DNA from: Bdellovibrionales bacterium
Lineage (GTDB): Bacteria > Bdellovibrionota > Bdellovibrionia > Bdellovibrionales > UBA1609
Reading direction: 5' to 3'
DNA: 64,000 bases
NCBI GenBank assembly: GCA_965203095.1
Contig: OZ241877.1
Span: 480,001 to 544,000, forward strand
Shown here: positions 10,069 to 19,860 of the stretch, in pieces
Layout: each line of letters opens with the position of its first letter
Numbering within the stretch: the first letter of the stretch is position 1
Notes under the pieces: model-generated
Seen by the model: only the letters and a program-made list of their open reading frames with translations
What the model was told of the DNA's origin: nothing
The model's database searches: none
Program-made: the position numbers and the translations under genes

Positions 10069-10887
10069 ATGCGAAAATTTTATAAATCCTACATATTCCT
10101 TTTGGTTTTAAACGGCCTTTTGATTTTGCCGATCTTTTTTTTTGGAGAGTTTAAACTCTTGATCCCCGCTTTTGCCAGCATTTTAACTCTGGATCTGTTC
10201 CTCCTGCTTTTTCCTGATTTCTATCTGAGAAAAAAAATCCCTCTCTCATCCTATGTCCCGAAAGACCCTTATGGGGCACAGGCTATTTTTGAAACATTAA
10301 AAAAAAAATACGGCATGCCAAAGGCCCGTTTGTTCAAGCCCACAAATAACCCAAGTTCTTTTTTTTATTTTTTTAGTTTTGAAGGACCTTGTGTGGTCCT
10401 GTCTGAGGATATTTTAGAAAAATTCCCCCAAAAAGACATAAAATATCTTTTGAGCTATCCCTTTTATTTTGCCCGTTCCGGGGATCTGCTTTTTTTAAGT
10501 CTTCTCAGTGCTTTTTTATGGATAATGGAAAAAATAGCCCGTTTTTTAAGTTATCCTTTGTTTCGTCTGTTTCGTCCAAGAAAAGGTCTTCAAAAAGAGC
10601 CGTTTTTTTTGGTTTTGATCTTAAAAATTCTGTCTTTAATCACGAAAAGGATTTTTTATCAAGCGGATGCCCATTTTACTCTTTCAAAAGAGGACAAAGC
10701 CTCTTTAGCCCTCCTGTTGTGGAAGTTAGATAGCTTAGTGAAAGTTCGCCCGCCAAAGGCTTTGCCTTTTACCCTGCCTTTATTTTTAATAAAAGCTTTG
10801 ACTTCTACAGGCAAAGGGCCTTATACTTCCCTCCAGCCTTTAATAAAAAAGCGGATCCGGTTTTTAACAGGGGTATATCCCCCTTAG
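10069..10887 (+). CDS. Membrane protein, degenerate M48/HtpX-like fold without HEXXH
   Basis: TM segments, EKFPQKDIKYLL...DL pattern, C-terminal QPLIKKRI resembling HPxxxxRI; ATG at 10069 avoids overlap with moxR. Confidence 0.55.
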   Translation: MRKFYKSYIFLLVLNGLLILPIFFFGEFKLLIPAFASILTLDLFLLLFPDFYLRKKIPLSSYVPKDPYGAQAIFETLKKKYGMPKARLFKPTNNPSSFFYFFSFEGPCVVLSEDILEKFPQKDIKYLLSYPFYFARSGDLLFLSLLSAFLWIMEKIARFLSYPLFRLFRPRKGLQKEPFFLVLILKILSLITKRIFYQADAHFTLSKEDKASLALLLWKLDSLVKVRPPKALPFTLPLFLIKALTSTGKGPYTSLQPLIKKRIRFLTGVYPP

Positions 10888-10916
10888 TTTTTTTAGTAAA
10901 AGGCCAGGGTTTTAAA

Positions 10917-11198
10917 ATGGAAAAAGACAAAAAACAAACAAAATTACCAGCACCTCAATTCAACAGCTTGGTCATGTCAATAGCCTCTACAGCCCTCCTT
11001 AAAATGGGCCTCAATTCAGAAAAAAAGGAAGAAAAAGACCTGACTATGGCCCGCTACAACATTGATCTTTTAGATCTTTTAAAGGAGAAGACAAAAAACA
11101 ATTTGAGCTTAGAGGAAAAAGAGCTTTTAGACTCCTGCATCAGTGATCTTCAAATTCAATTTGTCCATATTCAAAACCAAGAAAAGGATAGCCCATGA
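10917..11198 (+). CDS. DUF1844 domain protein
   Basis: ARYNIDLLDLLKEKTKNNLSLEE motif. Confidence 0.88.
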   Translation: MEKDKKQTKLPAPQFNSLVMSIASTALLKMGLNSEKKEEKDLTMARYNIDLLDLLKEKTKNNLSLEEKELLDSCISDLQIQFVHIQNQEKDSP

Positions 11199-12526
11199 GC
11201 CGATATTTTTTTATTTTTTGTTGGATCTTGCCCGTTTTGGCCTATTCTGTAGAGCCTCATCAAGATTTTATCCGTTTGGCAAAAAAAGCCCGGCACAGTG
11301 TGGTGAATATTTCTGTAGCTAAAGAAGGCTCAAACAATGTGATTCCATTTTACCAAGGCTATTACTTAATGCCTTTTTCTCCTCCTGAAATTAAAGGTTC
11401 TGGTTCTGGTTTTATTGTGGATAAAGCGGGATTGATCGTCACCAATGCCCATGTGGTTCAAAATTTTGATAAAATTCAGATTCAATTTGCTGAAGAGGAA
11501 AAGCTTTATCCCGCGAAAATTTTAGGCTTAGATCGTCAAAGTGATATTGCCCTTTTAAAAGTGAGCACTAACAAAAAACTTGTCCCTATCCAGATGGGAG
11601 ACAGTGAAAGGTTAGAGGTGGGGGAGTGGGTGGCCGCCATAGGCAATCCCCATGGCTATGGGCACACAATGACTAAGGGGATCATATCCGCTGTTAAGCG
11701 GGAAATTGATGACCTTAATCTTTTTCCTCTCCTTCAAACAGATGCGAGCATTAACCCTGGTAATTCCGGTGGCCCTTTAGTCAATTTAAAAGGAGAAGTT
11801 GTGGGTGTGAATCAGGCCATTGCCAGAGGGGCTATGGGTATTAGTTTTGCCATTCCCATCAATAATGTTAGGGAGGTGCTTAAAGATCTTAAATCCTTTG
11901 GCTTTGTGAGAAGAGCTTTTATCGGGGTGGAATTTTTCAGTGATGGGAAGGACGGTGCTCTCATTGTAAATGTGTATTTGGCCAGCCCGGCAGAAAAGGC
12001 AGGGCTTAAAATTAAAGATCGAATTATTGAGTTTGCCGGAAACAAAATCACCAACCCAAAAGATCTCCCTAAGGCCATCCGCAGGGCCACAGCGGGTAAA
12101 ACCGTCTCTTTAAAAGCGGTTAGAGAGGGCCGGACCATTCAACTCAAAATCACTCCTCAAATGTGGGATAAGCATAGTTTTTCTGCTGAAAGGAAGAATC
12201 CACAACAGAGGAAATCAAAAATCAAAGGCCAGGTTCTTCCCGGAGGTTTTAAAGCCTTAGAGGGGACAAAATCCCACCTGAGTCGCTTTGGCCTACCCAC
12301 TTGGGCCGGAAGGTATCCCATAATCTCTTATATTCATAAAGGATCTTTGGCTTCTAAAAGCGATTTGAGGGCGGGGGATTTGATTTTTCAAATCAATGGC
12401 TATCCCACTCACACCATTCCACAAGCCAAAAAGGCTTTTAGAAAGGGTAAAAATCAGATAAATATTTTGAGATATTACCAAAAATATGACAAATATTTTT
12501 CAATATCCACTTCTTTCACTCTTTAG
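11195..12526 (+). CDS. HtrA/DegP-family serine protease with PDZ domains
   Basis: GSGSGFI, TNAHV, DIALLK, QTDASINPGNSGGPL. Confidence 0.95.
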   Translation: MSRYFFIFCWILPVLAYSVEPHQDFIRLAKKARHSVVNISVAKEGSNNVIPFYQGYYLMPFSPPEIKGSGSGFIVDKAGLIVTNAHVVQNFDKIQIQFAEEEKLYPAKILGLDRQSDIALLKVSTNKKLVPIQMGDSERLEVGEWVAAIGNPHGYGHTMTKGIISAVKREIDDLNLFPLLQTDASINPGNSGGPLVNLKGEVVGVNQAIARGAMGISFAIPINNVREVLKDLKSFGFVRRAFIGVEFFSDGKDGALIVNVYLASPAEKAGLKIKDRIIEFAGNKITNPKDLPKAIRRATAGKTVSLKAVREGRTIQLKITPQMWDKHSFSAERKNPQQRKSKIKGQVLPGGFKALEGTKSHLSRFGLPTWAGRYPIISYIHKGSLASKSDLRAGDLIFQINGYPTHTIPQAKKAFRKGKNQINILRYYQKYDKYFSISTSFTL

Positions 12527-12682
12527 AGATGGCCATCTCAGCACAATATAAAAGCAAATAGCTTAAGGCTAACCCCTGTTGGCAGGTTTTTTTCAAGACT
12601 AAAGTCTGATTTTCCCCCTCTTTTTGGAGTTGATATTTAAGTCCTCGGAGCTGTTTTCCGATAGGGATAATGAGGTTTCTTT

Positions 12683-12982
12683 ATGGAGATTACAGAAGTT
12701 AAAATCAAACTCAAGCCTGACAGGCCCCCTTTAAAGGCTTTTGCCAGCATTACTTTTGACAACTGCTTTGTTGTGCATGATCTCAGGGTGATTCAAACCG
12801 AGGGCAAAATTTTTGTGGCTATGCCCAGCAAAAAAGTTAGAGACGGCAATCGATTGGGTGTGCCTTATAAAGATATAGTTCATCCTATAAAACCGGAGAT
12901 GAGATCTCTAATTGAAAAAGCCGTTTTAGAAAAATATAAGCAGGCTATGGAGAACCTTAATCTTTCAAAACCAACAGTATAA
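12683..12982 (+). CDS. spoVG: SpoVG family nucleic-acid-binding regulator
   Basis: MEITEVKI...ASITFDNCFVVHDLRVI...FVAMPS...YKDIVHPI. Confidence 0.95.
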   Translation: MEITEVKIKLKPDRPPLKAFASITFDNCFVVHDLRVIQTEGKIFVAMPSKKVRDGNRLGVPYKDIVHPIKPEMRSLIEKAVLEKYKQAMENLNLSKPTV

Positions 12983-13020
12983 TATTGAGCCATCTATAAT
13001 TTTCTGCTAGAAAACCCTAT

Positions 13021-13138
13021 TCTTTAGTTTTTTTGTCCAAAGGCTCTGTCCCATTTCGGGACGGCAATACCTTGGACCCTCATGGAACAAAACCTTTGGA
13101 TAAAAGAAGTTAAAAGGATACTTTTTCACGGGGAGTTA
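13021..13138. repeat. Dispersed MITE-like repeat family B (core AATACCTTGGACCCTCA)
   Basis: 13052-13085 is the exact reverse complement of 37776-37809; internal IR TCCAAAGG/CCTTTGGA; ends TTTTTCACGGGG. Confidence 0.75.
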
Positions 13139-13314
13139 TGTAATCTTGAAAAATGAAACATTCCTCTTCATTTGGGGGTAAGGGGTAATGGTGAAAATCA
13201 AGAAAAGGGGAAAGTGGGGAAAAATGGCATTAAAAATCTTGATTTTTTTTAAAAAATCAAGGATATTTTTCTCTCTAAGAGGCTTTGTAAAAAAAATTGA
13301 GCCTTAAAGTATAA

Positions 13315-13389
13315 TGGGGTGTCGGCAAGTGGTAAGCCAACAGATTTTGGTTCTGTCATGCGCAGGTTCGAATCCTGCCACCCCATCCA
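13315..13389 (+). tRNA. tRNA-Gln (TTG)
   Basis: Cloverleaf TGGGGTG/CACCCCA acceptor stem, ACAGA-TTTTGGT-TCTGT anticodon arm, GCAGG-TTCGAAT-CCTGC T arm, encoded CCA. Confidence 0.97.
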
Positions 13390-13443
13390 TTATAAAAATC
13401 ACTCTTGTTTTAAATTCCATAAGCAGGATAGTCCCCTTATTTT

Positions 13444-13761
13444 CCCGACTTCAGCACGACACGACATGTTAAAATATTAAAAAATATTGTGACAACTTGT
13501 CAACTACTCTAAAAGCAGGGCTAAGAAGAACTCAGCTGACAGACTTAGACTGATTGAGCGTCTGATGAAGAAAGTTAAAAACAACATCGTATGCCTTCTA
13601 AATCCACAGAAGAGATAAGAACTATATACGAGGCTTTTGGCCTTAAAAGAGTGTCTCAATTTATCCCCACATCTTACATTAAATCTTAGAATGTGTGGCA
13701 CCAAAAACCTGCAAATCCCTATAAATACTCATTTGTTGCATTGCATTATGCGGAAGTCAAG
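13444..13761 (+). mobile_element. Internally deleted IS1634-family element remnant
   Basis: Imperfect terminal IRs CCCGACTTCAGCA / TGCGGAAGTCAAG; translated fragments LVNYSKSRAKKNSADRLRLIERL and RMPSKSTEE/IYEAFGLKR resemble IS1634 transposase segments. Confidence 0.6.
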
Positions 13762-13921
13762 AAAAGGACATTTCTCAAGATAAATTATTCAATCTGGTTG
13801 AAGTGTCATTACAATACAATTACAAAAATTGAAACAAATGGTATATCTAATTTTACTATTGAAACTATGAAAAAATGTTACTTCTTTAGCAGTCGCTATG
13901 ATAATTTAATGGAATAAAACT

Positions 13922-16651
13922 ATGTTAAGGCAAGAACAAAAAAATATCTGGCAAAATCTTTTTGAAAAAAAAGAAAAAGCAAATTTGTCAGAATACCTAA
14001 AAGTTTATCAAAAAAGAATACAACAAGAAAGTGAGAAACTTTTTGTCTCAGAGTTTTTATATCCTATATTTGGAAAATATAACATTAAATATGTTATACC
14101 TCAATATCCTTTCATTGATTCAGAGGGTAGAAGCAGAAGAATAGATTTTGCAATCATAAAAGACGGTAAGAAGTTAGCTTTTGAAGTCAATGGTGAATTT
14201 TACCATGCAGAAGGGATTATCCCTAATGAAATGTTTGATGATAATTTGTCTCGTCAAAATGAGATTTTAAATGCTGGTTATCAGTTGCTTCGTTTTTCAT
14301 ATAATCAACTTCAATCGCCTGCTTGGAGAAAACGAGTTTTTGAAAATATTAGAAGATCAGTATACAAAAAATTTCCTGAGTTAATTTCTGAAACTATTAT
14401 TGAACCAAATTATCTTCAAAAAGAAGTATTAAAAAATCTTGATCTATATAGATCTAAAGGCTGGAAAAAAGGTATTGTTGTTTTACCTACTGGAACCGGA
14501 AAGACTTACTTATCCGCGTTTGACACTTTAAAAACAAATGGAAAAATTTTATTCATTGTTCACCGTCTGGATATTCTCAATCAGTCAAAGGTTGCATTTG
14601 AAAAAATATATCCGAAAGAAAAGTTAGGTTTGTTGACAGGACATGTCCAAGAAAATTTAAAAAAATCCAAGGTATTATTTGTCTCTAAGGATTCACTAAA
14701 AAATGCTGTTCATTTAAATATTTTTAAAAAAGATGAGTTTTCATATATTATTGTTGATGAAGTGCATCATGGTCAAGCTCCTTCATATAAATTGATACTG
14801 GATTATTTTGATCCTTCTTTTTTCATGTTAGGCTTAACAGCTACACCTGACAGAATGGATCGAAAGGATATTTTTGAAATATTTGATTATAATAAGGTTT
14901 TTGAATACTCACTGATTGAAGCTATAGAAAGTGGGTTCTTAGTGCCGTTCAATTATTATGGTTTAAAAGATAATATCAATTATTCAAATATTCGCTATAA
15001 AGGAGAAAAATATAATGTCCGAGACTTGGATCGCCATTTAATTATAGAAAAAAGGAATCAGCAGATATTTGAAGAATATTTGGAAAAGGGAAAAGGAAAT
15101 AAGGCTATAGGGTTTTGTTGCTCAATCAAACATGCTGAAAGAATGGCTGAATTTTTCAATCTTCAAGACATTCCTTCTGTAGCAATCACATCTTTAACAG
15201 ATCAGCGAACTGATCTAATTGATAAATTCAAAAAAAATGAAGTAGCAGTCGCTTTTACAGTGGATATTTTTAACGAAGGAATGGATTTTCCAAATGTGCA
15301 AGTTTTAATGTTTCTGAGACCTACAGAATCTAAAACAATTTTTATGCAACAACTTGGCAGAGGATTACGTCTCTGTGGTGGAAAATCCAATATTGTAGTT
15401 TTAGATTTCATCAGCAACTATAAAAAAGCCAATAAGATAAGAAAATATATTTCAAAAAACTTAAAAGCAGTTAGAAACCCTAAAAATAAAAGAATTGAAA
15501 AAATCGAATACAAGTATTCTCCAAAATGCAATGTTTATTTTGATAGTGAAGTGGAACAGATTTTTGATGCACAAGATAGACAGGAAAGAGAAATAACAAA
15601 AGAAGATTTGATCGGAGCATACTATGATTTATCGGAATCCTTGCAAAGAAAACCAACACAAGAAGATATAAATCAACATGGAGAATTTAAAATTTCAAAA
15701 TATCTTTCAGTATTTAAGTCATGGGTGAAATTTCTTAGAGAGATTGGCGAGTTTACTGAAGCGAGTTATCATTTTCCACAAGGACTTCACTTAGGGCATT
15801 TGCTATATATTATAAAAGTGGTAAATTCCAGTCGATTTAAGAAGAGTCATCTCAATCAGAAATTTGTAAAATTAAGAGGAAATTTTGATCCCGGAAGGCT
15901 TGGGACTTTTCAAAGACAAACTAAATATAAATTACAAGGTTTAATGGAACTGGGGCTATTGATTGATGATAGAACTTTAGAAAAAGACGAAAAACTTGAA
16001 TTGAAACTAACTCCACAAGGGCTTATTTTCTATAGACTCTTAAAATCTGTTATAGAAACTCTTAATTTGTCTTTTAAAAAGAAACAACAGAATATCCCTT
16101 CATGGGACATGAATATCCCTGCAACTGATTTCAATTTGTCTATTAGGAGTTTCCTCTTAAAACATAAGAATAAAAAAGATAAAATCAGGGCTATATTTCT
16201 GGAAATGCATGCAATTAGACTCATGCTCAATTATCTTTACAGAGTGGAGAGAAAACAGATTATATCTAAGATTGATATTTATAAAGGTTTTTTTAATTCT
16301 CAGGAGGTCGCAAGGTATTGTGATCAGAATGGTATTGAAATTGCTACAGAGGAAGGGGCCAAACATCGTTGTCCTTTTTTGCTCAATGTGTTAGAAGCAA
16401 TAGGAATACTGGAAAATAGAAAAAATGAAGTGGAGTTGAAAACATTTTTAGTTTCACCAAAACTATTGATTTCTCAACATAGGGAACCGGACACATTATT
16501 AAAAATGCGTTTTGAAGCAATCAAAAAGTATTATTTGAAAACTGTAATTGACCTTCCAGCAAATGAACTATCCATATTAAAGGAGCTGTTTGGTAAAGAT
16601 TTTCTCACATCAAACTATTTTTTAAATAAGATGGAGTTTAACAATGCCTAA
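13922..16651 (+). CDS. PD-(D/E)XK (DUF559/Vsr-like) nuclease fused to SF2 DEAD/DEAH helicase (ResIII-like) with long C-terminal extension
   Basis: N-terminal RIDFAI...FEVNGEFYH...RQNEI...LRFS; PTGTGKT, DEVHH, TATP, FNEGMDFP, QQLGRGLR. Confidence 0.88.
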   Translation: MLRQEQKNIWQNLFEKKEKANLSEYLKVYQKRIQQESEKLFVSEFLYPIFGKYNIKYVIPQYPFIDSEGRSRRIDFAIIKDGKKLAFEVNGEFYHAEGIIPNEMFDDNLSRQNEILNAGYQLLRFSYNQLQSPAWRKRVFENIRRSVYKKFPELISETIIEPNYLQKEVLKNLDLYRSKGWKKGIVVLPTGTGKTYLSAFDTLKTNGKILFIVHRLDILNQSKVAFEKIYPKEKLGLLTGHVQENLKKSKVLFVSKDSLKNAVHLNIFKKDEFSYIIVDEVHHGQAPSYKLILDYFDPSFFMLGLTATPDRMDRKDIFEIFDYNKVFEYSLIEAIESGFLVPFNYYGLKDNINYSNIRYKGEKYNVRDLDRHLIIEKRNQQIFEEYLEKGKGNKAIGFCCSIKHAERMAEFFNLQDIPSVAITSLTDQRTDLIDKFKKNEVAVAFTVDIFNEGMDFPNVQVLMFLRPTESKTIFMQQLGRGLRLCGGKSNIVVLDFISNYKKANKIRKYISKNLKAVRNPKNKRIEKIEYKYSPKCNVYFDSEVEQIFDAQDRQEREITKEDLIGAYYDLSESLQRKPTQEDINQHGEFKISKYLSVFKSWVKFLREIGEFTEASYHFPQGLHLGHLLYIIKVVNSSRFKKSHLNQKFVKLRGNFDPGRLGTFQRQTKYKLQGLMELGLLIDDRTLEKDEKLELKLTPQGLIFYRLLKSVIETLNLSFKKKQQNIPSWDMNIPATDFNLSIRSFLLKHKNKKDKIRAIFLEMHAIRLMLNYLYRVERKQIISKIDIYKGFFNSQEVARYCDQNGIEIATEEGAKHRCPFLLNVLEAIGILENRKNEVELKTFLVSPKLLISQHREPDTLLKMRFEAIKKYYLKTVIDLPANELSILKELFGKDFLTSNYFLNKMEFNNA

Positions 16652-17597
16652 TAAATCACATCATAACTCAGGACACCGAGCAATGAATCTTATCAATAAA
16701 TGCGGTAAAAAGCACAGCTCTTTTGTGAAAAGTGAGTTGCCAAAAAAAACCAGACATATACTATATGTTGAAGACGCTGTAAGTTTTCTGAAGAAGATTC
16801 CGGATTCATCAGTTCAGTTGATACTTATTGATCCTCCATATAATCTTGAATTGGATGTATGGGATAAATTTGATAATTATCTGGAATGGGCTAAACAATG
16901 GCTGGATGAAATTTACAGGATTTTAAATACTTCAGGAAACTGTGTTATTTTTGGAGGCTTTCAATATCAGGATTTGAAAAAAGGTGATCTTTTGGAAATT
17001 TTGCATTACACAAGACATAATACAAAATTGCGATTTATAAATTTAATTGTTTGGTATTATAAAAACGGAATGTCTGCTCATCGGTTTTTTGCCAATAGAT
17101 ATGAAGAAATAATTTGGCTTTCAAAAACAAAACAGTATTATTTTGATCTTGATTCTGTCAGAGTTCCTTATAATTTTGAATCAAAACAAATAGCTTTAAG
17201 AGACAAAAGATTAAATCCTGATAATATTGAAAAGGGGAAAAATCCTACTAATGTGTGGGAAATACCCAGGTTGAATGGAAATTCAAAAGAAAGAGTAGGG
17301 CATCCAACACAGAAACCCTTGGAAGTGGTTAGAAGATTTGTAAAATCGCTTTCCTATCCTAATTCTTTGGTTTTAGATTTTTTTTCTGGTTCTGGAACAA
17401 CTGGTAGAGTGTGTATTGAGGAAGGAAGAAATAGCATTCTTGTTGATAATGATCTAAATTCAATAGAATACTTGAATAAACATATAAGGAAAGTTGGCAG
17501 AATGGGATTACCCTGTGATTTTGAAATACTGGACAATATACCTGTAAAAGATTTTATTGATAAACTGAAGCAGGAATTTGATGATGGTCATAAATAA
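16644..17597 (+). CDS. Beta-class N6-adenine DNA methyltransferase, M.RsrI-like
   Basis: DPPY, HPTQKP, DFFSGSGTT; SHHNSGHRAMN, NGMSAHRFFANR and RLNGNSKERVG resemble M.RsrI as recalled. Confidence 0.88.
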   Translation: MPNKSHHNSGHRAMNLINKCGKKHSSFVKSELPKKTRHILYVEDAVSFLKKIPDSSVQLILIDPPYNLELDVWDKFDNYLEWAKQWLDEIYRILNTSGNCVIFGGFQYQDLKKGDLLEILHYTRHNTKLRFINLIVWYYKNGMSAHRFFANRYEEIIWLSKTKQYYFDLDSVRVPYNFESKQIALRDKRLNPDNIEKGKNPTNVWEIPRLNGNSKERVGHPTQKPLEVVRRFVKSLSYPNSLVLDFFSGSGTTGRVCIEEGRNSILVDNDLNSIEYLNKHIRKVGRMGLPCDFEILDNIPVKDFIDKLKQEFDDGHK

Positions 17598-17610
17598 ACA
17601 AGGTAATAGA

Positions 17611-18156
17611 ATGAACGTTAAAAAAGAAAATTATTTAAAAGTTGGAAGTGATCCAAAGTATAGAAAATTAACTTGGGATGAAGAAAATACAAAATTTATA
17701 ACTGGTCCAAAAGAAGAAAAAGATCTCACCATTTCAGAATTAAGAAAAGAAATAGAGCCTTGGCTTACCGCTTTATTTCAAAGTGAGCGGTTAAACCTTT
17801 TGGTAGGGAGTGGACTCACCACTTCTCAGGAAATTCTTGCAACTGGAAAATCTACAAAATTCATGGAGTGTATGGATTTTGATGTGTTTTCTAATCAAAT
17901 AAAAAAAGCAGGAGTGAAGAAGGCCGAACAAGAGGGAAGGAAAGAGCTTAATATAGAAGATCAAATAAATATAGCAAATACTCTTTTAGAAGGATTAAAT
18001 ATTTATGTAGAAGATAATGGCACAGAAGCATTAAAAGGAGATATTGAGAAATTAAAAGAAAATATAAATAAAAATTTAGAGAACTTTATAAAAAAAACTC
18101 TCTATGTGGAAAAAACAATTATAAACAAAAAAAATAAGACAATACAATATCTAATA
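17611..18156 (+). pseudogene. Truncated SIR2-like protein (N-terminal part)
   Basis: EPWLTALFQSERLNLLVGSGLT and NIEDQI motifs; the TTNYD and later catalytic motifs are missing. Confidence 0.65.
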
Positions 18157-18449
18157 CCTTTTTACTTCATAGGATCACAAATGACAGGGATCAGGAGATG
18201 GTATCTCGTTTATTACCGGATAGTTTAAAAGGCACGATGCAGGAATTACCAGCTCTACCTTCTCGTCATGCTTATTTATTGGGATGGGCTTCAGAAATTC
18301 CCATTTTAACAAAAATATCTTATTTGCCGGAAAAAGCCAGACCTCAATCAGATGATCCCGATTTCTGGAAGGTATGGACAAGAGAAAAAGAAAGAACAAT
18401 TAATTGGAAAGCTATAGCAGATAAATGGCAGGGCAAAGACAAAGACTAA
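18153..18449 (+). pseudogene. C-terminal remnant of HerA-like ATPase
   Basis: Reading through from 18153: NTFLLHRITNDRDQEMVSRLLPDSL...LPALPSRHAYLLGWASE...RPQSDDPDFW; Walker motifs absent. Confidence 0.7.
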
Positions 18450-18576
18450 TCAATCTACTGAAAACGGAATTTTACCTTTCTGATATTCTTATAAATATTT
18501 CATTCAGTTAAATTAACTTTTGAGTTGCCTATTAGTCAGTCTTATATTTTTTATAAGAAATTATTTTAAATGAAAC

Positions 18577-18652
18577 TTATACTGATTACATTTGAGATTT
18601 CCGGTCAAAACAGAGTAGAGAAAGCAGGAATTTTCAAACAAAATCAGTATAA
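18577..18652. mobile_element. MITE-like family A copy 1
   Basis: Terminal IR TTATACTGATT...AATCAGTATAA; interior homologous to copies at 23861 and 56624. Confidence 0.75.
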
Positions 18653-18669
18653 CAGAAAAAATAGGTTCT

Positions 18670-19563
18670 TTAAATTTTTAAAGGGATAAGATCTTTAAGA
18701 GAGGAAGGGGGTTTTTTGTTCCAAAGGCTGATGATATGCCCTCCTAAACCCGAACCTGTAGGTTTTACAGCTAAAGCTCCACATGTTTTTAAATGATTCA
18801 TCCGCCTCTCTAAGTCATAAGAGATCAGTTCCCAATCACGAAAGCACTTTTCCCCTAAGCTGAGAGCTGAGGATAAAAGCTGAAGGGATTTTTCACTTTT
18901 CTTTTCCTTCAAGGCCGAAAGTGAAAGCTGGACCGATTGTGCCATATTTCTGTCAATTTGTTTGGCCTTTTGAGGGTTTTTATTAAAAATATTTTGAACT
19001 TGAAGCACACTCACAGAAGTAGAAGCCCTTCCTCCAGAATGAGACAAAAACAAATAGGGTTTTGATTGGAAGGAGGGAAGAGGCTTGAGTTTTTTACCCT
19101 TTTGATAGAGAAGGGGCCTTTGCTCTAAAACCGCTGTCACATCCATACCACTGCTTTTTCCATGGAAAAAATCTTCTAAGAAGATAGCAAAAGGCTTGAG
19201 ATGAAGTTTGGTAATCCATTTTTTATGCAAAAATAAACTGGCAATACCTGCACTTAAAACTGCCGAAGCCCCTAAGCCCGCACCAAAGGGAATAAAGCCC
19301 TCAATAGTTAAACAGCCTTTTAGATCCTGTCTTTTTTTACCGGCTTTTTTTAAAGCTCTATCTAAAAGAGGGCTGAAAGAGAACTCCAGCCCCGCAGGAT
19401 ATTTCCCTCCTTTTTTTACTTTCAAAACCGCATTGGACTCTGTCCAACAAAAGTCTATATAATATCGAGACAAAGGGTAGACTATAGCCGGAAAGCCCCT
19501 TAAAACACTGTGCTCTCCGGACAAAACCCACTTGCCAAAAAATCTTTTTTTAAACCGGCTCAT
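18670..19563 (-). CDS. Mevalonate kinase (GHMP kinase)
   Basis: GKWVLSGEHSV, PFGAGLGASA, HGKSSGMD, KPTGSGLGG; clustered with mvaD. Confidence 0.85.
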   Translation of the reverse strand: MSRFKKRFFGKWVLSGEHSVLRGFPAIVYPLSRYYIDFCWTESNAVLKVKKGGKYPAGLEFSFSPLLDRALKKAGKKRQDLKGCLTIEGFIPFGAGLGASAVLSAGIASLFLHKKWITKLHLKPFAIFLEDFFHGKSSGMDVTAVLEQRPLLYQKGKKLKPLPSFQSKPYLFLSHSGGRASTSVSVLQVQNIFNKNPQKAKQIDRNMAQSVQLSLSALKEKKSEKSLQLLSSALSLGEKCFRDWELISYDLERRMNHLKTCGALAVKPTGSGLGGHIISLWNKKPPSSLKDLIPLKI

Positions 19564-19664
19564 CTCATACCGATCCTTTAGAAATGTAATGGTTTTAACT
19601 CAAAAACAGATTTCTTTATATCTTAACATATTTTTAAACATATTCTCAAAATATTTTTCCCAAT

Positions 19665-19799
19665 AGTCCCTTGTGAAAAAATCTACATTTAATGGATCAC
19701 ACAAGCAAAAGTCCAGCTTGTTCGCGGGAAAAATACCTTGGACCCTCACCGCTGGCTTTTGCTTGTGCGATAAAGGGCAGAGCTTTTTCATGGAGGGCT
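19665..19799. mobile_element. MITE-like family B copy
   Basis: TIR AGTCCCTTGTGAAAAA/TTTTTCATGGAGGGCT, internal stem CACAAGCAAAAG/CTTTTGCTTGTG, core AATACCTTGGACCCTCA. Confidence 0.72.
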
Positions 19800-19860
19800 T
19801 GTAAGCAGATGTTTCAGGAAAAACAGAGATCCCTGGATTCTTGTTTTCACAGCCAGCGAA

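Noticed and set aside
13238..13261. Palindrome CTTGATTTTTT-TT-AAAAAATCAAG upstream of the tRNA
   Set aside because: Low-complexity and single copy; cannot distinguish an operator or terminator from chance.
13390..18660. Integrase-mobilised island or prophage at tRNA-Gln
   Set aside because: No integrase, phage genes or duplicated tRNA 3' end (attR) seen in the window.
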